Shown here in pieces: positions 39,131 to 52,054 of a stretch of 64,000 nt of DNA. The stretch's first letter is position 1; each line of letters opens with the position of its first letter. The DNA is from Lepidodermella squamata (lineage: Eukaryota > Animalia > Gastrotricha). The position numbers were made by a program, and so were the translations under genes. The DNA is taken from NCBI GenBank assembly GCA_047495785.1, contig JBLDXI010000013.1, positions 3,720,001-3,784,000 on the forward strand, in the 5' to 3' direction. A model generated the notes under the pieces. It saw only the letters and a list, made by a program, of their open reading frames with translations, was not told the origin of the DNA and ran no database searches.

Positions 39131-42100
39131 TCACAGTTCTTCTTCAATTTCTTCATTAACTTCCTCGAGAAGGGCAGCCGGTTGAGTGGTGTTAACGTCG
39201 TTACTAAAACTGCGATGAGTCGTGACGCTGGCTACGGCAGATGATCGGCTGACCGGCGAAGGCCGGGCGAGAGGGCCTGATGCAGACCTGCCACGACTGA
39301 GTGAGAGAGGTGGTGTTGAAACTTCGGTGCTTCGGTCGGTTGAAGAGGCGGCAGCCGAGCCGGGCATTTCTGCGTCATCACTTTCATCGCTGCTGTCTTC
39401 TTCTTCGGAATCTTGTGACTCTGAAGGCGGGGCTGCTACAACGGGTATGAGACTACCGACGATTGACTGAGGCATCAGACTGCGCCGGCGGTAGGGTGCG
39501 ACAAATCTTGGTCGCGGAGATCTGGTTCTAATTGGACAAAAAAATTAATTAAAATTCAACCATGCGTGAAATTAATTTGAGAATATTTAAAAAAATTAGA
39601 AATAATTAATTACCCAGTCATTGATAACGTTTGAACGATATCATGTATAGGCGAGTTTTGCTCACTGCCAAAAATCGCTGTGACTTCCGAAGATGGAGTT
39701 GTCAAATGCTGTTGTGAAACCATTAGCAGGTTATTGCCAACACTATTAGTTCGAGGTAAATTAGGATTGACAGATGGCCCGCTGTCGGTATTATTTGCCG
39801 GCACCTGACCAGCCGTTCCGATGAACGATTTCGTAGACCCGGGCGAGTTTTGCTGCAAGCTAGTCCGTGACAGCCGTCGGACGTTGCTGATTAAACTTGT
39901 GTTCATGCTTGTCGCTTGATTGGACGTTGGCATCAGCCCGCCTTGAGGGACATTCATCGTCATTTGTGTTGAGTTTGGATTGTTTGTTGTCAGCAGGTTC
40001 AGCACTTCGAACCTGAAGCTGGATATGTCTTGTTTGATTTCTTCGAGATCGACTTTCGTTTCGCCTGAAGCTGTGCTCAGGCCCAGAATGTAACGGCGAA
40101 GGATGTTGAACACAACAGACCGAAATTTGACTGAAAAGAACATTCAAACTTTAATAAAGGTAGGGAAAGAAAAGTGAACAAACAATGTGACGGTTTAGGG
40201 GATCGGGCGAGGTAAGAAACGAAGTGTAGGAGGTAGGAGTACATGGTAGGAGTGTGAATGATGTGAAATTGAAGGTTGGGGGAATCAAGGGGGAACATTT
40301 ATTACCAGGGTGGAGGCTGGGGGAAGGATTGAGAATCCAAAGGGAAAGATAGGGTAGATGCGGCATGGTTTGGGGAAGGAAAGGGAAAGGTTGTTGAAGA
40401 ATTTAGCCCTAAGGGGAAGGCTGGGGGAGATAGTAGGGATAGTTTGGGGACGAATATGGAAAAATGGAATACAAGGGGAAGGTTTGGGGAAGGAAAATGA
40501 AAGGAGAGTTAAGCTTACCTAAATGGGGATTTATCGGCCGTCTACGATGAGTTGAGCCTTCACTACTGCCGCCTGATTGTTGATCCGGCACCAAAAGATG
40601 CTGCATAGCATCACGAGACGCGCTCGGCCTTCGACTCCCAGCACCCAACGGGGTACTCGTTTTTGCCGGATTGTCGCTATTCTGCCGGCTCATATGACGC
40701 GAACGAACTCGCGGCGATGAAACTGGAATAGCGTTGAAGCATTTGTTCATGAAGCAGAAGTTGCAACACGCCGGCGTGTCATCTTCCTCATCATCAGGGC
40801 TATGCATATTCAAATGCGTGTTACTGGTCATTGTCCCATTTTCAACGCGAAGGTTCGATTTCGACGGAGATTTCTTACTCGCAGTAATAGATTCCTATTT
40901 AAACCAAAAATTAGTAATTATTTACTATTTCTTTGACGAAAACGAACACTAAAACTTGAAGTAGACATAGGATCCCTTGTGGTATTCGGCGTAGGAAACG
41001 CTGAACTGGCACTATTCGCTGCGAGCCTTGCGATATTCGGGTGCCCAGGCACTGTGAAAGACTCGTTTAACACCTCTTCGTCAACAGTTACACCAGCCGC
41101 CGCCGCATTTTCTGCATCATCGTCGACTATTCGAATTTCAACCGGGGCTTGGGGTGATTTCGCCTTGGCCGCAGTGTGTTTCGCCCCGGCTTTCGGCAAC
41201 GTGTTGATTACAATAGGCTGACCTTCGGCGCAGAAAAATCCCAAACTGGAACGGCGCCGTTTGCGCCGCTGCGGTCGAACTGCGTCGATTAAATTGCAAA
41301 TCATGTCCCACATATAGCGCGGGTTCGGAAACAAGTTGAAAGGCGTCGGAATAGTTGGCGCATGCTCCGGGATATACTCCAAAAACAAAATTGTTCGAGC
41401 GAATTTCCACTCCATTTCCGAATTTTGCTATGAGATAAATCCTAATTAAACCCTGATTAAGAAAAATATAAAAAAAATACCTTGATAGCATCGTAGCTTT
41501 TAGCCATCATAGCGATTAACATGTTAAGGAGGATGCAAACCTAAAAATTAATTATTAAAATAATCGGAAATTTTTCGGGTAGCTTCAACATACCACTACA
41601 ACGTTGTAGGCGCCATACATTATGTAGCCGATTCGTTCGACCCAAACCATACTACCATTGCCGTAGTTGTTAACGCTCAAGTAATCTGACTCGCCGAGGC
41701 CGAATAAAGCCCAGAAAACGGTGCGGAAAGTGAGTTCAAGGTTGCCGAATCGTTCGGCAGCTTTTATTTCGACTTCGTAGGTCTCGTTTAGCTGCAGCGA
41801 TCGCCGTAAAGTTGGGTTGAAAAACCAGTAGACGTTGAGCATGCCAAGCATAAACGCGGCAAATACGACGAGAAAGACGAAGAAAAACGCAAAAATATCC
41901 TTCACCACGCGCATCCTAAATTAAGATTAGAAAGGGAACACAAGAAATTTATAATTAAGGTAATTAAAAAAATTGATATTTTATTCTTAATTTTTCAAAA
42001 AAAAATATGGAATAAATTATTATAAAAAAATTATATTGATTTTTTTATTTGTATTAAAAATTGAAAAATTTAAATTTCAAATTTCCTAAAAAATTGAAAA

Positions 42101-44891
42101 ATAATTACAAGGCGAGGTAGCACGGTCCGAAAACTTCAAGAGCAGGGAAAATGTAGAGCAGTCGAGCGAATGAGAAGACGCCACCGACAGCAAACAGCAG
42201 TTCACTGATAGTCAACGGATCGCTCGAGTGGTAAAACATGCGATCTGAGGGCAGCCAGTACATATATTGCGGGAATAGCGCGTATCGCGACGGAGACGGG
42301 CGAAGTGACAGGAAAAACACGACCGTTTCCGTGACCTTGAAATACGCGTACAGCCGCGAGATCAGCGAGCAAATGTAGAAAAACAACTGGCCGAGATCGA
42401 TCATGTCAAATGGAGCTTTGAACATAGCCTTCAATAACGAAGTCCCAGGCACTGCTATTCCGACTGTACCACGAACGAATTGGCGCACCTTTCGGCAAAA
42501 TAAGCCGAAAAGCCAAACTGTGACAATCCAGCAGATCCAGTTGTCTGAGTTTGGCCTGACGTGGAAGTCCTTGTCGAGGCGGCAGATTTTCCAGACGCCG
42601 GCTGGGGACAGTTCGCCGAGTTGTGAGACAACGGGTTCATCTTCGTCCGGCTCTTCGATTGGGTAGACGAGGCCGCGCGTTTCATTGCAAAATGTCCGCA
42701 CGACCTCGTACAAATCATCGCCGTGATCGGCGTCGCTCGACGATGTTATGCCTTTTATGTGCGATATTATGTAATACATCGGCTGGTAGTTGTCGGCTAA
42801 AAATGAAAAAAATCAAATTTAAACGAAATAATTTGTAACAACTTGGCATTTCTGCTAATTAAAGAAAGGATGATTCATCGACTTTAGGAACATGATCATT
42901 ACCATTTTTTCAATTAAATGAAGGGGAATTTCATTAGGTATCATTTGGTTGATCATAAAAATCCTGAAAAATCAATCGATAGCGAGAAATAATTGGGTCA
43001 AAATAATCGCTCCACTGAAATTGAAGTTCTAGCGTTCTAGAACCACATTTTGTAAGATTTTTTCGGTCAGGTAATGGATCCACCCTATAAGTATCACTGA
43101 GATGTTGTACCTATTTATAAGCTTCCGGGTATGCATAACAACTTTCTTTGTTGGCTTCCCTGACTGAGGATAAAGAGAAAATCACTGATTTTGAAAATCG
43201 ATAATTGAAAATCGAAAATGAAATTTGAAAATCGATGATCGACATCTGATCTCATTGAGAAACTTGAAATTAAATTGTTCTCACCTGGATGTTGTATTTC
43301 CGACAGTTTTGGCGATGCGTCGTAGTACCCAGTTGGCGTTATGGTTATTACAAATAAAATCGTCAGGAAGAAAATGTAAGACATGGAATAAGCAACAAAT
43401 TTGACCATCGGTTTCGCCACAATTCGACCCATTTTGCTCTTCGGCGCCACCCAATGGAAAACCATTAAAATCGGGTAACACACAACTGTCAACAGCTAAA
43501 ACAAAAATTTATTGAAATTTAAACACAATTATTTTTTAATTTGATTACCAGACTGGTGAAAATTTTAGTGGGGCTCGACGATCCCTGATATTGAGAGAAT
43601 CCTCTCAGCCATTTTCGCATCAACTCTTGCTGACAGGCCCAATGTGATACGAACTCTTTCTGATGGTAATGAATCGCGACTCGAAGCCTAGACAAAGGCT
43701 GCGGCAGAATTTGGTCCGGCGTCACGATTTGCTTCGCCTGTTTCTTCCTCAGAACAGTATCGCCAGTACTCGAAGCCGCGAATCCACCCCCGATGCCGCC
43801 AGACCAGTCTAAAATAGTCTTTAACTCGTCGTGAGTTCGAATGCAGTCAAGCAGTTTGACAACATATCGCCGCATCAATTCTATCAAAGCTTTGTATTCA
43901 CTCTTGAAATGCTTCTCCCAAGTAGCGCGTAATTCCATCTCCTTGCATAGCTCGAACGAAGTTTGGAAAGGGTCGGGCGATGTTAGGGAGATATAGGCCT
44001 CGGACGTAAGGGCGCGGTACTCGTTCAAGCGACGTTTAGCGTGCTTCAACTGGTCTTCCATCCTCGCATCTTGGCAAGCCCCACAAGCGCAGTCGAAGTG
44101 ATGCGGAACTGGAACCCGCATTCCGTCTTGAAGCAGAAGATGAACGATTCCGAACAAGTTCTTCTGACACGCCAGGATTATAGGTGAGATGTCGTCGGAA
44201 AATGGGCTGGTATCTATAAAAACGAAGTCATAGTCAATAAAAAATCGAGTCGGGTAGTTAACCTGGCAATTTAGCGGCTAACTCTTGCCACCTATTGTGA
44301 TACTGCCGATAGGTAGGGTGTTTGAGAATTAATTCGGTGATATTTTCGTAACTAAAAAAATTCAATAAAAAATTTAGTTTAAATTGAAAAAAATTTCATA
44401 CTTGTGGTTTATTCCCAGTAAAAGGGCGAGATAAATATTAGCAGGTGAAGCGTGGTCCAACAGCATTTCGACGATCTAAAAAAATTCAATATTGGAAAGT
44501 TATTAGAAGCTCGGAAACTGTATACCTCAGCATGCTCATTCGCGACGGAAATTTGTAGGGCTGTTCGCCCGAACATGTCCGGAGCATTCGTGTCGAGGTT
44601 CGGATGGGTGATTAAAATTTCAGTGACGCTTGGTATGTCGCCGAATTCAGCGGCGTGTAACAGGTCCCGTAAAACTTCCCCGGGTATGGCGATCTGCGAG
44701 AACAACTTGAGCGTCGACTGGTGTTGACGCACTTTTTTCTCGAGTTTCCGCTCCTGACGCTGATGGCTCTATGAATGAGAAATTTAAGGAATAATTAGCG
44801 ACAGAAAAATTAGTTGAAAGCAATTATAATCAAAATGTTATCAATTCAAGTTGGGGAAAAATTAAGAAAATTATACCTTGGATCGATTCAT
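39131..44891 (-). CDS. TRPC: TRPC-family cation channel, paralog B (many exons; start tentative)
   Basis: Same motifs: PHHFDCACGAC, YRALTSEAYISL, FRTVFWALFGL, EWKFAR, EIKQDISSFRFEVL. Confidence 0.92.
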
Positions 44892-45911
44892 CGTAGCTTT
44901 TAAAATTTCAAACCGGCTTCATTCGGGAATTATGACGATATCGACGTATACGAACGACTGAAGCGAAGACAATTCCTCGTAGAAAAATTGCTAAAAATGG
45001 GTCGAAAAAGAATTGTAATTTTGCAGACACTGGAAACACATGCAAACATTTTATCGCCACGCGATCAACTTGAAGCGTGTGCGATTTTAAATGTAAACAC
45101 GAAAATTAATGATTGCGGTCACGATTGCGACCTCGAAAAATACCGACTTCACCTAAAATGCGAGTTAATATAAATATCTGATTATTGTTTAGCGCGGTTG
45201 AATAGGGAGGTAATATAATGGACTCGTTTAGCGGGTCCACTCATCAAAACCGCCGTATCATTTTCAAAACGGCGCTTTGTTAAAAATTTTGAAAAGCGGC
45301 CTAAATTTCTTGGAATGATGATGATAGGCCATCGTGTTTTTAGATGCGCGAGTTGTTTATTATGTGCGTGATGCCACGTGCGCAGTGTCAAACTAGAAGA
45401 TAGTACCCATTCTCTATCTTTGTTTTTCAAAGGGCGTTGCGCATTTCCACTTTGTACATCGTGATCTGCGTGTAAGACACATCATATCATATATTATTGA
45501 CGCAGCTAAGTCAACACCGCCGTGGAACTTCCTTAAACTAGATGTACTGCTTTTAGCCCTCGACAAAATACCCGCCTTCGTCTTGTTGTTGTTTGTTGAT
45601 CTCGAACAGGAGCCGCCACGCCAAAAATCAAGTTCAGCTGTCCAACTGTAAAATGGCCCGTTGCGAAAATTCAAAACTGTGCATCAACTTTTATTCTCAA
45701 TTCAATAATTATTTAAGAACACAAGTGAAAATATTATTATAAATACTGATTTTTTTCAAGCCAGTAGCAACTTCCAACAATACTGAGCCACAACAAAAAA
45801 TGAGGTCGTGACAAAAATTATAAATTTTTTGCATAATTATCACATTTAAAAATTATTATTGAATACACAACAAGGTGGAGATTTTCACGCTTTTGAGATC
45901 ATTATATATTA

Positions 45912-48900
45912 TCATTTTTTAGCTCCTCCGCCGAGGAATAAATTAGGATTGAATGATTTCTGTTGAGGCTGAGCGGCTTGCTGCTGCGGTCGATCAGGCA
46001 CAGGCGGGCCCTTGGCGCCCGTCAAAGGCCGCCCGCCACCACCACCTGTTGATCGCTGAACGGCCAGCCCGCCCCGCGGCGCCCAGTTCGGCGAGGGCGA
46101 ACCTGCGCTTGTTTCCGTTTCTTCGTACTCTTCCTCGTCTTCGTACTCATCCTCCTCGCCTTCGTCGTCGAATGACGTATTGTTCACGTGGCCTGATTGC
46201 TAAAAATAGTAAAGAAAAATGATAGAAAAAATCATTGAAATGTTACGGAGCAAAAGTTTTCAAATGTAAGATTTTCAAGGCACTAGAGCTTCTTCAATTA
46301 TTCAATGACTAAAATCTTCTTGAACACTGCGATGACCTATTAAATCCATCCTGGCGACTCTCCAACTTTCAAGGGGCAGAAACTAGGGTAACACGCAGCG
46401 GGGTCTATCGCTTACAATCTAATTGAGCGATTCGGGGCTTATTACAACTCGAAGCTGGTGAACACATTAACTGGTGAATCATTGTTCGGTGAATTATGGA
46501 CAAATCGCTGTCCCTGGGATTCATTTTGTGGTCACTCTATTTCGTCTGGGCCAAAGTCATTCCCTCAGCTGCTCATTTACTGTGTCATTTCTAGTGCCTC
46601 GTTGATCATTTATTCGTTGTGATTGCAATGGCCGAGCCATGTCGAAAATGCGGCAAAACTGTATGCCCAGACAGCTTGAAGATACAGCCGGTTTTTATGA
46701 ACTAACGGGCGTGCCAAGAAGAAAGATGTGCCGTAACATTTCACACCAATTTGCGTCCGGGCGAAATTCAACGCCGTTGTGCCTTGCCCTGAGAGGGCCT
46801 ACAACAAGGCCATATGCAAAATTGCAGGTATCCGAAATCGCGATAATGGTTAGTTTGCCTTGAAATCACTCAGGCTCCACTCTTGGGGTGTACTTTTGTC
46901 AACAAAATATTGACATATTTTTGCTTTTTAGCTGAACTTCTTGCCTTCCTGAGGGGTCACTCATCTGATTTTGATAATTTCACACTGCCCACCATGAAAC
47001 AACGTAGCGTGATCACTTCTTTTTCCCGCCTGAGAGAAAGTGTGTCGATTCCAATTGAAGTTGTGAGAATTTTATGTCAACTTTTTTGAGGCAGCTTACG
47101 TCGCTGATTTCCGTCTACACGGCACTACGGCTTTGCAAGCAGCAGCTGTCGAAACGCCTAATCCGAAACCGAAGGAAGACTTCCGATACGAATTCAACAA
47201 TCACATCAACCTTTTCTTACCTATGTAACGTCATTGCTTCAGAATGAATACGTGCGTCAAGCCTCGAACTACACGGCTTTCCTAGCGAAATGACGACTGC
47301 GACAATGTCGTGTTTCCAAGAAATCTCCGATGTTATCATTAATGGCGAGGCTGGCACGGGTGTTGGAGCCGTAGCAGCTGGCGATGTTGTAACCGTTGCC
47401 CCGATTGAGGGCTGGGAATCAACGTAAAAATGCATCGCACTAAGCGTCAAATGTCGAATTGTCCAACTTTTACAAGACCGCAATTAACGGAGCACCAGGA
47501 AAGTCAGAATCTTCGTGGCCAACAACGTATTGCACAACGTTCACGAGCGTTTCGAAAATGCCGTTTACCTATCTACCTGGAATTCATCAAATACTTCGAG
47601 CCCATCTACATCGTTAAGCCTCTAGCGAACTGGTTTGAGATAGTGTTTGCGTTTTGTTACACCGACAACGGAAATAAATCTCTGAGCAACGCTACCAAAT
47701 CTGGGATCGATACCGATACCAAAGCCTCTATTGTCGACAGTTGCGAAGAGCCCTCACCGGCCAAAAAAATGAAGAAAGCAGTTTTCCCCACGTCCAACCA
47801 ACTCAAACCAGGAGCGCGCGGCTACGAAACCGCGCTTACGCTATTATCAAGTAAGTGTGACCATGTCTTGCTTTATGTGAGCCTTATGTGGACTGAAATC
47901 GAAACTTATTCACTGATCAGATCTGCGGCTGATGGCGACGAAATCGATGGGGTCCTCTTCGACACAAAACGATACATCAAACTGTCCGTCAAACTGAGCA
48001 CGCCTCGGGATGACCGAAACGCTTCGCAATAACTGCACCTATCGTTTTACGAACTGCAAAATCAAAAAATCAACGTGCGTTAATTTATTCTACATCAAAG
48101 CCCTTGTACGCCCACGGTGGTTTCATCTCCTCACCCTTTAGCGCCAAATAATTTTATTTCTGCCTCCATATTAGAAAACATCGGCAGGTATGGCGCTCAC
48201 CCTTGAGCGAGGCACATTTGCCGAGCTGGGTCGCAATCACGGCCAGCCGATCAAGCAATCTACGGCTCTTCTCCGAGTAACCGACCTCGCATTAATGGAG
48301 GAGGAGCTCGTACCCTTCGCATTGGCTGCCATAGTATATGAAATAGACGAGGTGGAGGGCGAAGGATCAAAGGTTAGGATACATTTTTCCTTGTTGAACT
48401 TTGCCAACTGCCACTATGTACCAGAAACGTCGCGATATTCAACTGACGGATGGCTACAACAGCGGGTAAACTACTGGTTAGGTATTACCAAACCATCGGG
48501 TTTTCTCCGGTAAATTGTAAATTTCATCGGTAAACTCGAAATTAAGGCTTGGGGAAATGCTATTCGTGAGTTCAATTCTGGAAAATAGACACACTGTCTG
48601 CTGAAACAAACCTTTGAAAATTGGGGAAGAGGCGAACTGCCAGTGACGGCTTTTCTCGGCTGAGGTGCCCCGGATGGCGACGACCCGGCCCTTTGAACTG
48701 GCGATTGCTGGGCCCTCGGCTGTGGCGACGCCTGCATTCTCTGCTGGGGCGATGGCTGTTGGCCTCTCGGCACTGGGCTTTGCTGCGAGCGGTGAGACGC
48801 CGCTGATTCGCTGCGAATCGACGCCGGCCCTCCGGTTGAAATTCCAAGAGCTGATCTGCAATACTCGGCCAGGTCAGCTTCGATATTGATCCCTTGCATA

Positions 48901-50053
48901 GCGGTTAAAATCGGCGTCAACTTTTCAATAGCTCGCGTATGGAATGCCAGTTCCAATACGATAGCTTCAGTCAACACTTTCTAATAATTATTCAACAAAA
49001 TTAAAAATTAATGAAATTTTTTAAATTTCAACCTTGAGTTGCTGCAATTTTGTCCGCTCAAAATTAATTAATTCAGACTCGCTTTTATTTTGAGCAGCCA
49101 ATGCGTCAAGGCTGCCAGATTGTTTATTCAAAGATGTTTCCGCTTGTTTCTGAAAAAAAAATATTAGAATACTTAATATAATCGATATTTTAGATTTGAA
49201 ATCCCTACCGTAGTTAATTTTGATTCGCTGCCAGAAAAACTTCGCCGCAGACTTTTCGCATCTTTACAGTCGTTTGAAAGCTTGAGGAAAAGTGGAATGA
49301 CGCTGCTCTCGATTTGGCCCAATTTAGCCTGGCGGTAGTCCTGAGTAGACACAAGGTACTTGGCCATAGATTCCATCGCGTTTTTCGTCGTAGGGCTGTA
49401 CATGTGCGGCCCACGAGCGAATTCAACGTTGATTTTCGCAACATCGTCAACTGAAATTTAGAATAAATATACAGTGTTGGAACGTTAAAACAATGCATGA
49501 AGCTACATTAGCTATTCAAAATGTGGTTCCTATGCGAAATGTGCTTACTTTAGTACCTATAGAGCTCTTATCAACTTGTTTTTTTACTTGTACATGAGTG
49601 CTGGTATTTAATTACTGATGTGTTCGGCTCAGTAGCTTAGTGGTAGAGCGTCTGCCTAGTAAGCAGAAGATCGAGGGTTCGATCCCCCCCTGAGCCTAAC
49701 CGAAATTATTTTTATTTTTTTATTCTTTTATTTTCGTATAGACCAACTCGGCTCTTTAATTATGTTCAAGTTTATATAATTTTTTTAATTCTTCGATTGT
49801 TAATTCCATCTCTTTCAGCGCATAATGCAAATGTTTGCATATTCACTTGATTTTTTTCATTATGAATATAAGGCTTACAGGCATCTCGAAGTCCAGCTTC
49901 TTTCCTGGCTATCGTTGAAAAAGCCCCAGTCATCGATTCCAAATATTTCTCAAAATTCGACAATGCATGCTGGGCATTGCTGAAAAATTCGAAAAAATAT
50001 TTAAAAAAACTACAAAATAAGGAATTAACTTACGCGGGAGGTTGAAGAGGCAT
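45912..50053 (-). CDS. FAM92: FAM92/CIBAR BAR-domain protein (about 6 exons; acidic and Pro/Gly-rich last exon 45912-46199)
   Basis: NFEKYL..IARKEAGLRD, QDYRQAKLGQIE, FERTKLQQLK, ELAFHTRAIE..INIEADLAEY match FAM92 hallmarks; the last intron 46200-48611 joins in phase 0. Confidence 0.8.
46628..48510 (+). pseudogene. Decayed gene or transposon remnant nested antisense in the FAM92 intron
   Basis: Higher-GC coding-like tract with broken ORFs (46639, 46883, 47430, 48190) in an unusually long 2.4 kb intron; family not recognised. Confidence 0.35.
49626..49697 (+). tRNA. tRNA-Thr (anticodon AGT)
   Basis: Acceptor stem GGCTCAG/CTGAGCC, D arm GCTTAGTGGTAGAGC, anticodon arm TCTGC-CTAGTAA-GCAGA, T loop TTCGATC, downstream T-runs. 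Confidence 0.93.
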
Positions 50054-50137
50054 TCAACAATAGTTTTCAACTAATCTTTCATAAAAATAATCTATGGCAT
50101 CAATATATATTTTTTATCCAATAATTTCATCAATATT

Positions 50138-51886
50138 TTAGCACATCGCAATATTAGCCAGCTGTTGAGTTGCAATAATTGAATTCAATTTAACATAAAT
50201 CTCCAACAAACAGTACGCATCAGCCGCCGCGTACAGCAGCTGGCCCTCGTCTAACGGCCGCCGGTTCCAGTTCGACATGCGGTACATTTTCGGCACCCGC
50301 TGCCCCAGCGCCCATTCAGCAACGTAGGCAAGCGATCGCGGCGGTTTATCACCGGCCAGCGGTGAATTTTTCTCGCGCAACGCCTGCCAAACACGAGTTG
50401 AAAACACCTCCAACTCGACGACATTTTTCGGCTCGAAGCACGCAAATTCAGCCGGGAAAGACTTGGCAAACATTTGAAGATCATACTTGAAGCCATGAGC
50501 AATTTTTTGAACACCCTCAGATTTCAGCACCCGACGAAACAACTCCCAGTCGCTCTTCGCAAATTTCAACTCGAGCGACTCTAGATCGATGATAAAAACT
50601 CGATCGATCAAGGCGATTTGAAGAATAGCCATTTTCGGCTCGCGATCCGGCGGCGTGACGCCCGTCCACTCCGCATCAATGCCAATCGACCGCATCAAAG
50701 GATCGCCTAAACTGCCAACAGACAGTATGTAGTGCATAGCGGTTTGAAATTCTCGCACAGAGTCGATAAAGGCGATGGTTTGCCTCGGCAACGGGAAGCG
50801 GTATAACGTTAAATTATCATTATCAGGCTGAACCTCACCCTGCATCATCACATTTTTCGCATCTCTTGGAATTGAAAATAAACGATGTAGAGACAACTGG
50901 TCGACAAAATGCGCCGCCTCAGCGTTCAACCCGCATTTGAGCAAACTTGAAATAGCATATGGAGCAAAACGCTGGTCAATATTAGCGAAGGTTGATATCA
51001 AATCTCGAAAAGTCCTAACATCCATTTCAGCCTCAGGACCGAAAGTCGATCGAATCAGGAAACTGACCTTCTTTTTCATGTCAAACAGTGACATATTCGG
51101 GTATTTCCGAATCGAAGCTAGGTCATTCAAGTCACGCGGCAGCTTTGAAACGGTCAGATCGAAAAAATCACCCGCAATACGAATATTCGTTCCAGTTGGG
51201 CCTAGTTCCGAGGCTAAACGGCCTGAATCAATCAACGAATCGAGATACGACAAAATTTTATGCCGTTTTTCGGCAGAAACTGCGAGGAGAATTTTCTTTA
51301 GCGTCGCGCTTTTGTTCATGCAAACGAGATAAATCGCCAATTTACCGAACATTTCGTCATTCAAAATCGACTCGACAGGTAGTATTTCGCAATGAATGTC
51401 GAGAATCGAAGACAACTCGCGAAAATTCCGGGCATCCGCGAATTTTTTAGCCGCTTCGGCGAAAATTTCGCGGACTTTGTCATTCTGGCGACTCGAGAAA
51501 CGGAATAAAGCATTGGCGAGGGAAAAATTTCGGGACGAATTGGCTAATGATAATGCGGCGGCTTGAGACTCAATTTCAGGCGCGATGAATTTCGCAAAAT
51601 TTTCATTCCACGAAGTTTGATTGCGAAAATCGTCGACAACTCGCTGTTGCTGCCATGCGAGAAAGCTGTCCCAAATGCAGTTGTACAGCGTATCCTTCGG
51701 ATTTTGGGCAGATTCTGCATTTTCGAGGAACGAATTGGCAAGATCGAGAAAGTCCTTGAACGGATTTTCACTGCGATTGAAAAATGCGATTATTGCATCG
51801 CTGCAGGCATTCCGAGAATCAACGGCTTGTTTTGCCCATAAATCGCGAAGAATAACCACCACACTTTCGACATTATTAGCTGCCAT
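50138..51886 (-). CDS. EXD3: EXD3/MUT-7/Nibbler-like DEDDy 3'-5' exonuclease, paralog 5 in transcription order (NTD + EXO)
   Basis: Intronless 582 aa; IGIDAEW, GFKYDL, SNWNRRPLDEGQLLYAAADAYCL. Confidence 0.88.
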   Translation of the reverse strand: MAANNVESVVVILRDLWAKQAVDSRNACSDAIIAFFNRSENPFKDFLDLANSFLENAESAQNPKDTLYNCIWDSFLAWQQQRVVDDFRNQTSWNENFAKFIAPEIESQAAALSLANSSRNFSLANALFRFSSRQNDKVREIFAEAAKKFADARNFRELSSILDIHCEILPVESILNDEMFGKLAIYLVCMNKSATLKKILLAVSAEKRHKILSYLDSLIDSGRLASELGPTGTNIRIAGDFFDLTVSKLPRDLNDLASIRKYPNMSLFDMKKKVSFLIRSTFGPEAEMDVRTFRDLISTFANIDQRFAPYAISSLLKCGLNAEAAHFVDQLSLHRLFSIPRDAKNVMMQGEVQPDNDNLTLYRFPLPRQTIAFIDSVREFQTAMHYILSVGSLGDPLMRSIGIDAEWTGVTPPDREPKMAILQIALIDRVFIIDLESLELKFAKSDWELFRRVLKSEGVQKIAHGFKYDLQMFAKSFPAEFACFEPKNVVELEVFSTRVWQALREKNSPLAGDKPPRSLAYVAEWALGQRVPKMYRMSNWNRRPLDEGQLLYAAADAYCLLEIYVKLNSIIATQQLANIAMC

Positions 51887-52054
51887 GATATTTAATAATT
51901 TTACCTATTCAGTTAAGAATAGCAGTAGTATAATATTTGATTTATTGTAGAATGAAAGAACAAGACGTGGGGAAGAATTTCTTCATCACTGGATAGCAAA
52001 AAACTTGAAATGAAAAAATTCATTTTGAAAGCATCAACAAATAATGCTGATAAT

